Shown piece after piece: positions 47,307 to 57,701 of a stretch of DNA of 64,000 bases (position 1 is its first letter; each line of letters opens with the position of its first letter). The DNA comes from Fibrobacteria bacterium (GTDB lineage: Bacteria > Fibrobacterota > Chitinivibrionia > Chitinivibrionales > FEN-1185), in NCBI GenBank assembly GCA_037447435.1, contig JBBIGR010000001.1:32001-96000 (forward strand), in the 5' to 3' direction. The position numbers and the translations under genes were made by a program. The notes under the pieces are model-generated. The model ran no database searches. It saw nothing but the letters and a program-made list of their open reading frames with translations, and had not been told where the DNA came from.

Positions 47307-49229
47307 ATGTGCGGTATTTGCGGATTTATTGACCCATCGCTTCGGCTTTCCGGGGAATCGATGCAAACCATTACGAAGTCCATGTGCGACAGCATAAGCC
47401 ATAGAGGGCCGAATGCTCAGGGACAATTTTTTGAGCAATCCTACGGTATTGCAATGGGCCACCGGCGGCTTTCGATTATAGATACGAGCAATGCCGGCAG
47501 CCAGCCTATGGATTCCTTTTCCGGCCGGTATACGATTGTGTTTAATGGCGAAATCTACAATTTTCTTGAAATCAGATCGACACTTGAAAAAGAAGGAAAA
47601 CAAATCCCGTGGAAAGGTCATAGCGATACAGAAGTATTACTCGCTTCGATTGAAACGTGGGGAATAGAGCGGTCATTGTCATTGTTCAACGGCATGTTCG
47701 CGTTCGCGCTTTGGGACAAACAGGAAAAAACGCTGTCTCTTGGCCGTGACCGTTGCGGTAAAAAGCCCCTGTATTACGGATGGAATAACGGCATTTTTTT
47801 ATTCGGTTCGGAGCTCAAAGCGATACTCGCTTTTCCCGGGTTTAAAAAAAACATAAATTCCGAGGCATTGAAATTTTATTTGAACCACTCCTATGTCCCG
47901 TCTCCCAGCAGCATTTTCGAGGGCATATCGAAATTGCCCCAGGCATCCTATTGTTCCTTGACTTTTGACGAAGCGAAACGCGGCGCCACACCGGCGGTCA
48001 AAACCTACTGGGACATTCCCGGTATTTTTACCCGCTGCAAAAGCAATATATTTAAAGGGTCCGAATCCGAGGCAGTCGACATACTTTACAATTTGCTGTC
48101 CGATGCGGTACGGCTTCGAATGATTTCCGATGTTCCTATCGGCGCGTTTCTTTCCGGCGGCATAGACTCGGCCCTCGTTGTGTCGCTTATGCAACGGATT
48201 TCTTCAACCCCCATCAAGACATTTACCATTGGGTTTCCCGGCGAAAGGTTCGACGAATCGGCACAGGCGCGCGCCATTGCCGATTATCTAAAAACCGACC
48301 ATAGCGAAATCCCGCTGAGCGCAGCGGACGCATTGAATGTCGTCGGGCAGCTTGCAGACATTTACGACGAGCCGTTTGCCGATGATTCTCAAATTCCAAC
48401 CTGGCTTGTTTGTAAAAACAGCAGAGAAAAAGCGACGGTTGCGCTTTCCGGCGACGGCGGCGACGAATTATTTGCCGGATACGAAAGTTACCGGCGCGTC
48501 ATGAAAAACTGGCCTTTTTTCGCCGGCATTCCCGCACCTTTACGCGGTTTCATTGCCACAATGATGCGGCAGTTTTCGCAGCTTCGCCGCCAAAGCGGCA
48601 CAGCGGCGATTAGAACAACACGCAATATCGCACGGATGAAAACCGCCGACTTTTCCGATTATTACAAATGGTATATGTCTTATAATAAATCCAATGTCCC
48701 CTTATTGGCGTCCGCGCAACACGAAGCCGTTTCCGGGTTTGACCGGCCTGTTTCGGGCGATTTGCTCGGCACCATGCAATATATCGATTTTAAATCCTTT
48801 CTCACCGACGATGTTCTTGCTAAAGTAGACCGTGCGTCCATGAACGTTTCGCTTGAGGTCCGCTGCCCGATTCTCGACTACAGAATCATGGAATTCGCCT
48901 GGTCTTTACCTGGGCATTTATTGACCACAAAGACGACGGGTAAACTTCTCTTGCGTAGATGCGTCTCACGGATGATCCCGCAAGCACTCATCGACAGACC
49001 GAAATCAAGTTTCGGCATCCCCTTGTCTTCCTGGCTTAGAACCGATTTGCATTCGTGGGCCGCGGATTTGTTGCAATCCCAAGCAATGCGGGATGGCCTT
49101 TTTAACCACGAAGCCGTGATGACTCTGTGGAAACAACATACCGATCAAACCTGGGACCATGGCCGCCTGCTTTGGAACATTTTATTATTTTTGCAATGGC
49201 ATACCCGATATTATCAAGGAAATCCCTGA
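47307..49229 (+). CDS. asnB: Asparagine synthetase B-like glutamine amidotransferase, glycan-locus associated
   Basis: MCGICG, HRGP, HRRLSIID, FNGEIYN, FLSGGIDS, LSGDGGDELFAGY, KVDRASM..SLEVRCP. Confidence 0.92.
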   Translation: MCGICGFIDPSLRLSGESMQTITKSMCDSISHRGPNAQGQFFEQSYGIAMGHRRLSIIDTSNAGSQPMDSFSGRYTIVFNGEIYNFLEIRSTLEKEGKQIPWKGHSDTEVLLASIETWGIERSLSLFNGMFAFALWDKQEKTLSLGRDRCGKKPLYYGWNNGIFLFGSELKAILAFPGFKKNINSEALKFYLNHSYVPSPSSIFEGISKLPQASYCSLTFDEAKRGATPAVKTYWDIPGIFTRCKSNIFKGSESEAVDILYNLLSDAVRLRMISDVPIGAFLSGGIDSALVVSLMQRISSTPIKTFTIGFPGERFDESAQARAIADYLKTDHSEIPLSAADALNVVGQLADIYDEPFADDSQIPTWLVCKNSREKATVALSGDGGDELFAGYESYRRVMKNWPFFAGIPAPLRGFIATMMRQFSQLRRQSGTAAIRTTRNIARMKTADFSDYYKWYMSYNKSNVPLLASAQHEAVSGFDRPVSGDLLGTMQYIDFKSFLTDDVLAKVDRASMNVSLEVRCPILDYRIMEFAWSLPGHLLTTKTTGKLLLRRCVSRMIPQALIDRPKSSFGIPLSSWLRTDLHSWAADLLQSQAMRDGLFNHEAVMTLWKQHTDQTWDHGRLLWNILLFLQWHTRYYQGNP

Positions 49230-50065
49230 TGTCCGCTTTCGACAAATTACGCCGTTCTTTTCAAAAGCGAAAGAACCTGAAACAAAGCAAAAACGTTCTT
49301 TGCCTTACTCCGCATCCGGTTTCCTATTATGCAGACCTGCTGGCCGCAGACACCCCATTTTCCTTTGCTCGCTACGGCGACGGAGAATGGTCTGCGATTT
49401 TTGGCCGAAGCGGCGCAAATTGCGACGGTCATCCTTATACCTCGGATTTGGGTAAACGGCTGGCACTGGCTTTAAAGGACCAATATCCGTATTTTTATGC
49501 CTTGCAATACTACGGACTTAAATTAGACGGCCCGCGCATCGTGGACTTTTGCGTTCAGAACTCCATCACAGTGCCTTTTCATAACGCGGATGTTTTTGCA
49601 TTTGCAAATGTTTTGGGAGAATTACACCCTTTTATCAAAGCCTTGCGCGAAAAGCAGGTGGTTGTCATTGGCCCGGGATATATGCGCGACCTTAAATCCG
49701 TTTTTCCTATTGCCGAATTTTTCGAGGTCCCGCAAACCAATTGCTTCAGCGCTGCGGATGAAATTTCGAAAAGCATTCTTTCGTGGGGAAAAAGCAAAAC
49801 CAAAATCGTCTATTCGTTTTCCGCCTCAATGGCCGCAAACGTCATGATTCATGACCTGTACAAGGATTTGGGCAAAGAAAACTGGCTGCTTGATTTAGGA
49901 TCGTTATGGGATTTGTATGTGGGAAAAAAAACAAGGGGTTGGTTTCAGACGCTCGATTTGGCTCCTGCCATCGCCAGAAATACCGGCGTTGCACGTGACG
50001 GCATTTGGAAAAAGTTCCGCGACTCGACAACGCTTTTTTTAAACCGATTTCACGTCAAGACGTAA
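49229..50065 (+). CDS. Putative GT-D fold (DUF1792-like) glycosyltransferase
   Basis: FSFARYGDGE near the N-terminus, VVIGP, VP..NCF, LDLGSLWD; TGATG coupling to asnB. Confidence 0.55.
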   Translation: MSAFDKLRRSFQKRKNLKQSKNVLCLTPHPVSYYADLLAADTPFSFARYGDGEWSAIFGRSGANCDGHPYTSDLGKRLALALKDQYPYFYALQYYGLKLDGPRIVDFCVQNSITVPFHNADVFAFANVLGELHPFIKALREKQVVVIGPGYMRDLKSVFPIAEFFEVPQTNCFSAADEISKSILSWGKSKTKIVYSFSASMAANVMIHDLYKDLGKENWLLDLGSLWDLYVGKKTRGWFQTLDLAPAIARNTGVARDGIWKKFRDSTTLFLNRFHVKT

Positions 50066-51031
50066 TTGTTCGGAAGTAAATTTCAAAATTCTTTCGCAAA
50101 GCCGGTCCCAGTCGTATCGGAGAATTGATTCTCTTGCGTTATTGCCCAAAGTTTTCCGCAATGTTTTATCTTGAACAAGACGCCGTATCGCGCGCTCTAT
50201 CGACCAGGAATTTCTCCAGACAATAAGACCGGTTTTGTTGTGCATTAAAAAATCTTTGCTCCCGGAATTCGTTGCAACGACCGGAAGTCCGCACGCCATT
50301 GCTTCGGCACAGGTGTTTGCCCACCCTGCATTTTTTTCCGCCGAAGCGAAAACATCCGCATTTTGAAAAAGTTCATTGGTCCGTTCGACAGGGTGATTCA
50401 AAATGAATTCAAACGGAAGCTTTGCGGAAAAAGACTTGGCAAGGGCCATATCTTTTTCGTTTAAAGGCGTATCAAAAAGAACCAGATGAATTTTAAAGCC
50501 CTTTTTATAAAGTCGTTCGCAGGCTTTTACGATGAAGCGGGTCCCTTTCCGCTTCATCGATAAACGCCCATAGGTTAAAACAGAAACATCATCCGAGTCT
50601 TTGCGTTGGACCGGTGAAAACCTGGTCGTGTCCACACCGCCTGCGGCGAGAAACGGATCGATGCCGTAGGTCTTTTTATCGTATTCGTAAAGATTGCGGG
50701 AATTTACAAAAACAGAAATATCCCGATGTTTTAAAATCGGCCGCAGGTCTTCGTTTTTCAGTACATGATAAAAAACCCGCATTTTCGTATTATACGAAAT
50801 CAATTCCCGGACAAAATGATTTTCGGTGCAAAAGACCACATCGAAATTCATATCGCCGGCACTTGTAACGGTACAGGTATCTCCGTTAAAAGGGAACCAC
50901 AGCGGCTTTTGACCCTGCGGAGTAATAAGGGTGAACGAATGTCCCTTTTGGATAAACCTGTTCCCCAGTTCAAGGAAGCGCTTGACGCCTCCCCATAAAT
51001 CGTGGGTGGGCAATAGAACTGCAAATTTCAT
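50039..51031 (-). CDS. GT4 glycosyltransferase
   Basis: WGGVKRF, KRKGT, AGWANTCAEAMACGLPVV. Confidence 0.9.
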   Translation of the reverse strand: MKFAVLLPTHDLWGGVKRFLELGNRFIQKGHSFTLITPQGQKPLWFPFNGDTCTVTSAGDMNFDVVFCTENHFVRELISYNTKMRVFYHVLKNEDLRPILKHRDISVFVNSRNLYEYDKKTYGIDPFLAAGGVDTTRFSPVQRKDSDDVSVLTYGRLSMKRKGTRFIVKACERLYKKGFKIHLVLFDTPLNEKDMALAKSFSAKLPFEFILNHPVERTNELFQNADVFASAEKNAGWANTCAEAMACGLPVVATNSGSKDFLMHNKTGLIVWRNSWSIERAIRRLVQDKTLRKTLGNNARESILRYDWDRLCERILKFTSEQLRLDVKSV

Positions 51032-51172
51032 TGTAGCACCTTAACAAATAGCATAAAACAAATCGCCTGTCCTTTAAATATACTTGTGATCACACGATTT
51101 AATACCTGCAGGAATTAATTTCATTTTATCTTTCATATATATTTAGTAATTATATATAATTTATCACACTAA

Positions 51173-51230
51173 AACTATCCGATTGCGACTTGTCCTCCGA
51201 AGCAATGGCGAAGGGGGAAGCAACGGATTA
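51173..51230 (+). repeat. 58-bp nested-hairpin element, copy B
   Basis: AACTATCCGATTGCGACTTGTCCTCCGAAGCAATGGCGAAGGGGGAAGCAACGGATTA; 51 of 58 identical to the reverse complement of 31928..31985. Confidence 0.85.
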
Positions 51231-51277
51231 AAGTCGAATATCCCAAAGATAACAACCTTATTTCCAAGATAGCGATT

Positions 51278-52342
51278 ATGTCGCATAAAATCCAGAAGCA
51301 ATCCATTCTCCATTTTTCCACCGGAAAATCGATGAGGGGCGGCGAACGTCAAGTTCTCTTATTGCATACTGGGCTGCACAAACGCGGTATAAAAAGCACT
51401 ATCGTGTGCCGTAAAGGCGGAGAGCTCGCAGCGTATAAGACCGAAGACAAAATTGCCATACAGTGGCTTGGCGAATGGGACATTGCGGCCTTGTTCAACT
51501 TTATTCGCATCTGTAAAATTGCCAAACCGTCTATTATCCATTGCCACGATTCTCATTCACTTACGCACGGCAGCGCGGCCGGAGCATTACTCGGCATTCC
51601 GGTGGTCTATACCCGTCGAGTCATGTTTCCGATGGCTTCTTCGCCGATATCCAAAAAGAAGATATCCTCCTGCGCCGCGGTTATCGCCGTTTCGGAAGCT
51701 GTTGCCGAAAAATGCACCGCATTGATACCTTCGTCGCGGGTATTCATTGTCGGCGACGGTGTCGATCTTGGCGCAACCATGCTCCCTCGATCGGAAGCAA
51801 GAAAAAGACTGGGACTTTCGCCGGACGACTTTGTGGTGGGTACCGTCGCGCATTTTACCCGCGAAAAAGATTTTACGCTTGTCTACTATTGTGCAAGCAG
51901 GCTGGAGGCGGAAAAAGACAATGCGAAACTGGTTTGCATAGGTCCTTACACCGAGAACAAAAAGAAAAGGCAGACAATACCGGAAAGCCTTATTTTAACC
52001 GGCCCCCTTGATAATGCAGTACAATTTTACAGCGCTTTCGACGCGTATATTTCGACCTCGATACAAGAAGGTTTAGGCTCCGCACTTCTTGATGCGGTGA
52101 TTCGAGGCATACCGGCGGTTGCGGTTGATGCCGAGGGTACGCGGGATTTGTTCCCGGAACGATGGCATTTGGTCCGGCGCGGCGACTACGACGGATTCGG
52201 CACGGCTCTTTTACATATGATAGACAATTATCAGCCAGCCCTGAAAGAGGCGGCGCATTGCGCGGCCCGGGCCAAGGACATTTTTTCGACAAACCTCATC
52301 ACCGATAAGACATTGGAAGTGTATTCGACAGTCCATGGTTAA
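51278..52342 (+). CDS. GT4 glycosyltransferase
   Basis: RGGERQV, IIHCHDSH, IAVSEAV, EGLGSALLDA. Confidence 0.9.
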   Translation: MSHKIQKQSILHFSTGKSMRGGERQVLLLHTGLHKRGIKSTIVCRKGGELAAYKTEDKIAIQWLGEWDIAALFNFIRICKIAKPSIIHCHDSHSLTHGSAAGALLGIPVVYTRRVMFPMASSPISKKKISSCAAVIAVSEAVAEKCTALIPSSRVFIVGDGVDLGATMLPRSEARKRLGLSPDDFVVGTVAHFTREKDFTLVYYCASRLEAEKDNAKLVCIGPYTENKKKRQTIPESLILTGPLDNAVQFYSAFDAYISTSIQEGLGSALLDAVIRGIPAVAVDAEGTRDLFPERWHLVRRGDYDGFGTALLHMIDNYQPALKEAAHCAARAKDIFSTNLITDKTLEVYSTVHG

Positions 52343-53117
52343 ACTCAGCGCCGTCATAATTACCTATAACGAAGAAAAAAGAATCGCCGCAACGCTCGAA
52401 GCCCTTGACTTTTGCGACGAAATAGTCGTTGTCGATTCCGGAAGCACCGACAATACCGAGGAAATCTGCAAAAAATTCAACGTGCGATTTACCAAGCATC
52501 CATGGGACGGATACGGTCCGCAAAAACGGCACGCCATTTCTCTTGCAAAAAACGATTGGGTTTTCGTGGTGGATGCGGATGAAGTCGCTTCCGCCTCCCT
52601 GAGGGCCGAAATCAAAACCCTCATGAAAAACAACATGGGCGATTGTAACGGGTATTATGTTCCGATTTCCCTTATCTTCCTGGGCAGGGTTTTAAAACAC
52701 GGCGGCGAATATAAAAAAGCGCATTTGAGGCTTTTTCACAAAGGTTTTGGCAACTATAACATGAATTTCGTTCATGAAAGCGCTTCGGTAAGCGGAAAAA
52801 CCGGAAAGCTTGTAAATGATCTTTTACATGACAGTTATTCGAGCATTCACGATTATTTTTCCAAATTCAACGATTATACGACTGCTTCGGCCCAATCCCT
52901 GTTTCAAAAAAACCGGAAATTCGCAATGTGCAACGTATACGCGAGGTTTCCGCTGACATTTTTAAAAATTTATCTTTTTAAAGGTTGCTTTTTGGACGGT
53001 TATCCCGGGTTTGTATGGTCAATGCTTTCTTCCTTTTACCCGGTTGTAAAATTTGTCAAGTTACAGGAAATGCGCAGAAATCATGATATCAAATCGATTG
53101 AGGAACTATCGTCATGA
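52335..53117 (+). CDS. GT2 glycosyltransferase (LPS core, WaaE/KdtX-like)
   Basis: LSAVIITYNEE, VDSGSTD.T, VDADE, LRLF, VHE, GCFLDG.PG. Confidence 0.9.
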   Translation: MVKLSAVIITYNEEKRIAATLEALDFCDEIVVVDSGSTDNTEEICKKFNVRFTKHPWDGYGPQKRHAISLAKNDWVFVVDADEVASASLRAEIKTLMKNNMGDCNGYYVPISLIFLGRVLKHGGEYKKAHLRLFHKGFGNYNMNFVHESASVSGKTGKLVNDLLHDSYSSIHDYFSKFNDYTTASAQSLFQKNRKFAMCNVYARFPLTFLKIYLFKGCFLDGYPGFVWSMLSSFYPVVKFVKLQEMRRNHDIKSIEELSS

Positions 53118-53911
53118 TATTTGTTTTTGCGTTTCTATGCCTCGTCATTATTCTATTTTTTGTCCTCAGATACGGTTTTTTACTTCCGCCGACAAATGGC
53201 CTGCCGGTTCTTTTGTATCATAAAGTATCGGAACAAGTAAATGATACCATCACCATTGCACCTAAAACCTTTGAACGGCAATTACAATATCTCTGTCAAA
53301 AAAACTATCACTCGATTTCTTTGACTCAGCTTTTCGACTCGGTCAAAAACGGCGTTTCCTTACCGTCCAAGCCCGTTATGATCACCTTTGACGACGGATA
53401 TGTCAATAATTTGACTCTTGCATATCCGTTGCTTAAAAAATACGGCCATAAAGCCGTCTTTTTCATTCCCAGCGCGGGCATAGGGAAAACGAACTGGTGG
53501 GACATTGTCAAGGAGCCGCTTATGTCGGCCGAACAATTGAAAAGTCTGGATAACGGCATTGTGGAACTTGGCCTCCATTCCTATGACCATAAACATTACG
53601 GCACTATCACGGCCGAGCAGCTTGACACTGATATCGCCCAATGCATAGAGACATTGAAAACGCAAGACATCCCCTTTCTCCCGGCATTGGCATATCCCTA
53701 CGGAGGCAGGCCAAAAGACAAAGCTGTTTACAACCAAATGATTTCTTCGTTTTTGCATCATGGCGTTTGTATGGGTTTTCGTATCGGCAACAGGGTAAAC
53801 CGGCTCCCGCTTAAAGATTTGTTTGAGATAAAGAGGATCAGCATTCAAGGGTCGGATTCTTTATGGGCATTTAAGACAAAACTTGCCAAAGGCAGGGTGA
53901 AGCAACTATGA
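53114..53911 (+). CDS. Polysaccharide deacetylase (CE4)
   Basis: PVLLYH, ITFDDGY, LHSYDH, AYPYG. Confidence 0.9.
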   Translation: MIFVFAFLCLVIILFFVLRYGFLLPPTNGLPVLLYHKVSEQVNDTITIAPKTFERQLQYLCQKNYHSISLTQLFDSVKNGVSLPSKPVMITFDDGYVNNLTLAYPLLKKYGHKAVFFIPSAGIGKTNWWDIVKEPLMSAEQLKSLDNGIVELGLHSYDHKHYGTITAEQLDTDIAQCIETLKTQDIPFLPALAYPYGGRPKDKAVYNQMISSFLHHGVCMGFRIGNRVNRLPLKDLFEIKRISIQGSDSLWAFKTKLAKGRVKQL

Positions 53912-54813
53912 AAATAAGCGGTTTTTCATTTGCCCGAAACACCGATAAACTCGGTTACCCCATTGCCGAATCCATACAATCCGTTCTGCCGGTTTGCGAC
54001 GAATTCGTTATTGCGATTGGTAAAGGCGACGAAGGAGATAGAACTCGAAACCTTGTCGAAGGAATCAATTCCCCAAAGATCCGTATCATAGACACCGAAT
54101 GGACCGATCGGGAAACATTGAAAAACGAGATTTACAGCCAGCAAACCAATATCGCCCTCAACGCTTGCACCGGCGATTGGTGTTTCTACATTCAGGCCGA
54201 CGAGGTTTTGCACGAAAAATACCTCGACATTGTCGCGAAGAGATGCGATTTGTTTTACAATAACGAATCCGTCGAAGGTCTACTGTTCGGATTCCGTCAT
54301 TTTTGGGGAGATTACGACCATTATCAGGCCGGCCATGCCTGGTATCCGTTCGAGATCCGTATCGTGCGGAACCGTATCGGCGTTTCATCGTTCGGCGACG
54401 CGCAATCTTTTTTACGAAACAAAGAGAAACTTCGTGTCGCCTATGCAAACGCGGAAATGTTTCATTACGGCTATGTTCGAAGTCCGGTGCTTATGCAGAA
54501 GCGAAATGTGGAAATCGAAACTACGTATCGCGGCGCAGAAGAAACAAAGAAATTGTATGAAAAAACGGGCGACTTTTTCGATTACGGCCCCTTAAACAAA
54601 AGACGGGTTTTCACCGGCACCCATCCGGCAGTCCTTCATGAAAGAATACAAAATATGGACTGGAAAAACCTTTTGACCTATAACGGAAAAGACAATACCC
54701 GATATCATCACGACAAACTTAAATACCGGGTATTGACCTTTCTTGAAAACACTTTTTTACGGGGAAAACAAATCGGCGGTTTTAAAAATTATACCCTTTT
54801 AAAAAACGTTTAA
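53908..54813 (+). CDS. GT2-like glycosyltransferase
   Basis: ISGFSFARN...YP..ESI.S.LP.CDE, GDWCFYIQADE, HFWGDY, HYGYVR. Confidence 0.85.
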   Translation: MKISGFSFARNTDKLGYPIAESIQSVLPVCDEFVIAIGKGDEGDRTRNLVEGINSPKIRIIDTEWTDRETLKNEIYSQQTNIALNACTGDWCFYIQADEVLHEKYLDIVAKRCDLFYNNESVEGLLFGFRHFWGDYDHYQAGHAWYPFEIRIVRNRIGVSSFGDAQSFLRNKEKLRVAYANAEMFHYGYVRSPVLMQKRNVEIETTYRGAEETKKLYEKTGDFFDYGPLNKRRVFTGTHPAVLHERIQNMDWKNLLTYNGKDNTRYHHDKLKYRVLTFLENTFLRGKQIGGFKNYTLLKNV

Positions 54814-54836
54814 CCTTTTGGCATGGGAATTTCTCT

Positions 54837-55346
54837 TTACAATTTAAAAGACATTCCGACATCGAGGTATCCGAAACCCGGGCAATCTTCCAATACCAAC
54901 GCCATTTTAGGGGCAAAGAACCAGCGTGCGCCGATAAATTCACGGATGCCCCATTCGGGAAAGTTCCCCAGGCCAGGGCCAAAATAAAACGTCGGGCCGG
55001 CATAAACGTCGAAGATATCCCTGACTTTGATTTTGTCGTGCAAAACTTTTAAATTGAACGGATGAAAAGCTGCCCTACCTACAAATGTCAAGTAATTTTC
55101 TCCCCACCAATAGTTATGTTTAAACCCGATGCCTCCGCCGCCCGATATGGCGTCATGAAACCCATAATCGAATGCGCCGTGCACTCCTACTTGAAAAAAA
55201 GGAAACGGTATGCCCGCATCAATGATTTTCTCCCCTTTTTCATAGCAACTCCCCTGACTGGTAGCCCAATCTTCACAGAAGCCAGCCCTATATCCAAAAA
55301 GGATAGCAGAAAGTACAAGCAACGCTTTTACCGTATTTGCCCTCAT
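54837..55346 (-). CDS. Putative small outer-membrane beta-barrel protein
   Basis: Signal peptide, alternating aromatic/Gly strands, C-terminal VGMSFKL. Confidence 0.65.
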   Translation of the reverse strand: MRANTVKALLVLSAILFGYRAGFCEDWATSQGSCYEKGEKIIDAGIPFPFFQVGVHGAFDYGFHDAISGGGGIGFKHNYWWGENYLTFVGRAAFHPFNLKVLHDKIKVRDIFDVYAGPTFYFGPGLGNFPEWGIREFIGARWFFAPKMALVLEDCPGFGYLDVGMSFKL

Positions 55347-55359
55347 AGCCCCTCCTTTA

Positions 55360-57042
55360 CTATATGTTATTAGACCCCGACTGAAGGATCCCTCTGGTTG
55401 CCCATGGATCCTTCGGCGTTCCCCATTCCTTTATAACCTCTTTACTGTGGGGAACCGGCTTAAAAGAATGAAACATATGATATTGTATGGCTTTTCGAGC
55501 CACTGTCCTTATCCGTATACCAGCTTTCTTAAACCTGTTTGAAAGATTATTGTCTTCCAATCCCCGGCCGACAATAGCCTCCTCATATCCGTTTATTCGG
55601 TAATAATCGCCCTTAAAAACCGAGAAATTGCTCCCTAAAATGCAATAATTCTTGGACTTTTTCCACGCATCCTCGATCGACGATACGACCGGAAGGCGTA
55701 GACCGTGTTTCACGCTGCCTGGTTCCGCCATTCTGAGCCAATACGAAGGTTTCTCGATCTTTTTATTCCTCACATCATCAAGCGTGATATTCTTTGTTAG
55801 AGCTTCCGAAAACATGACCCTTCTACCAGATAATACGGTGCCGACCTTACAAGTATTGATATGGTCCTGCAAAAACCTATGATGTAAAATACAATCGCCG
55901 TCGATAAAACAAAGATATTCGCTTCGCGCTTTGATAACGGCTTTATTTGCGATTAAGGTTTTCCGAAACCCGTTGTGTTCCTGCCGCACATGGGATATCG
56001 GATATGTAAATGAACCGTTCCACTGCGCAATGAGTTTTGCGATTGAATCGTTCGACCCGTCGTCGGCAACGACGACTTCAAAATCCCGAAGCGTCTGATT
56101 TGTCAGGCTGACGAAGATCCGTTCCAGGAACTCAGGCTTGTTATGTACCGCAATGATCAATGAAACTTTGGGCCGTTGCAGATACCTAAGGTCTGATTTC
56201 GGATACACCTCGGCAATTTCCCGCGGAACATGACCGCAACCCCTGATCGTGGTTGATTTCACCGTGCGAAATGTCGCGCGTATGAAATGATGGACAAAAA
56301 CATCGCAGCTTACCATGCATTGTTTTACATCCCCGACTTCATATTGTCTTTTGACAAGACGCAGCTGCAGATCCCAATCCGATGCGCCGACGGCAGTATT
56401 CCATGGTCCTATTTTTGAAAAAACGTCCCTTTTTACGACAACGCAATTTCCCGAGATGCCCGGGTACAAAAAATTCGCAAACGCTTTGGTGCGGATGCGG
56501 GTATAGGTCTCCCAAATACCGTACATCGTATCGACAAGAGACATCAGATCTTTTGACGAATACGGAATCTTCGAGGCAACACGAAGTCTTTGCTTCACAT
56601 TGATTCTGCGCCATCGGCGCATCATAGCCCTGGTTGCCTTTTCGCTTTCCATGGTTTCGATGCCGCAGGGCGAAATGGCGTCGAGCCCGTAGGAATCCAT
56701 ATGCCGCAGCAATTTCGTGTCCCAGTGTTGGGACACGCAAATATCGTTATTGAGGAATGCCACAACGGGAGCCGTAGCTATTTTCAACCCCTGGTTTTGC
56801 GAACAGGCATAACAAAGATTTTCTTTATTTTTAAGAACCACGGCCCCGTGATCTTCGAACAACTTGGCGGAGCCGTCGGACGAGGCATTGTCTATTATGA
56901 TGAGCTCATAGGGCAATTCGGTATGTTTCTCGAGCAATTCGAGAAACAATTTATTGTATTCGATTTGATTGTGAATGGCCGTGACGATCGAAAGTTTTTT
57001 TCCGCAGGCATCCATTTTTTCCCCTTTGGCTGTTTTTGTCAT
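55360..57042 (-). CDS. Fusion of two GT2 domains
   Basis: Domain 1 IIDNASSDGS, FLNND; domain 2 SLIIAVHN, VADDGS, FIDGDC, GSNFS, NGYEE...G.GLED. Confidence 0.88.
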   Translation of the reverse strand: MTKTAKGEKMDACGKKLSIVTAIHNQIEYNKLFLELLEKHTELPYELIIIDNASSDGSAKLFEDHGAVVLKNKENLCYACSQNQGLKIATAPVVAFLNNDICVSQHWDTKLLRHMDSYGLDAISPCGIETMESEKATRAMMRRWRRINVKQRLRVASKIPYSSKDLMSLVDTMYGIWETYTRIRTKAFANFLYPGISGNCVVVKRDVFSKIGPWNTAVGASDWDLQLRLVKRQYEVGDVKQCMVSCDVFVHHFIRATFRTVKSTTIRGCGHVPREIAEVYPKSDLRYLQRPKVSLIIAVHNKPEFLERIFVSLTNQTLRDFEVVVADDGSNDSIAKLIAQWNGSFTYPISHVRQEHNGFRKTLIANKAVIKARSEYLCFIDGDCILHHRFLQDHINTCKVGTVLSGRRVMFSEALTKNITLDDVRNKKIEKPSYWLRMAEPGSVKHGLRLPVVSSIEDAWKKSKNYCILGSNFSVFKGDYYRINGYEEAIVGRGLEDNNLSNRFKKAGIRIRTVARKAIQYHMFHSFKPVPHSKEVIKEWGTPKDPWATRGILQSGSNNI

Positions 57043-57701
57043 ATGCTCAGCCAGCCTTTCGGTGTTGACACAGGGAAATAATAAGGTCCTGTAACGCGAT
57101 CCGCCTCGGAATAGGGCCGGCTTTGGCTGCGATGTAAATGATATAAACGAATGTCTTTAAAGGGGTTTATAACCGTATATCCCGCCTGGTGGAATTCTTG
57201 GGCCAGTCGGTTGTCGCATCCCGGAGTTCCCATGCAAAAATCAAGATTTAGTCCCTTCGGCAAATCCCCTTTGAAGGCCCAGCAATCCTGCATATCTTTT
57301 TCATGCTTTTTTCGCGATGCCCTGTTACGGAAAAAATCGACCTTTAACGGGATCGCACTTTTAATTTCGGTCCGAAGCAGCGCGACAAATTCTTTTTCTT
57401 TTATTGCAGCGAGCTTTTTCGTGTCGCCGGTATCCAAAAAGCAATCGCTATTCATCGTGACGCATACGCCGTCCCGGAATTTCTTTGCGGCATCGAACAA
57501 TTCCCCGTAGGTCGGACGCCCGCTCGAAACGACGATATCCGCGTCCAGAAGCGGCAGATCCGGCAGGATCGATTGACTTTCCACCACAATCACGATTTTG
57601 TCTAATGCGCTGTTTGCCATGTTTGCCGCAAAGCAAGCGTCGATCTCCTGGGCGCGCGCAGGATCCGAATGCCGAAAATAATTATAGACAAGTGTAATCA
57701 A
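57039..57701 (-). CDS. Hypothetical protein, possible unclassified GT-A-like transferase
   Basis: RPTY, NSDCFLD, QDCWAF, MGTPGCDNRLA, INP, HLH; 4-bp overlaps with GT genes on both sides. Confidence 0.6.
   Translation of the reverse strand: MITLVYNYFRHSDPARAQEIDACFAANMANSALDKIVIVVESQSILPDLPLLDADIVVSSGRPTYGELFDAAKKFRDGVCVTMNSDCFLDTGDTKKLAAIKEKEFVALLRTEIKSAIPLKVDFFRNRASRKKHEKDMQDCWAFKGDLPKGLNLDFCMGTPGCDNRLAQEFHQAGYTVINPFKDIRLYHLHRSQSRPYSEADRVTGPYYFPVSTPKGWLSI

Noticed and set aside
51033..51039. Second GTAGCAC NikR half-site upstream of a GT4 gene
   Set aside because: A lone 7-mer with no partner half-site at 13-bp spacing is expected by chance.
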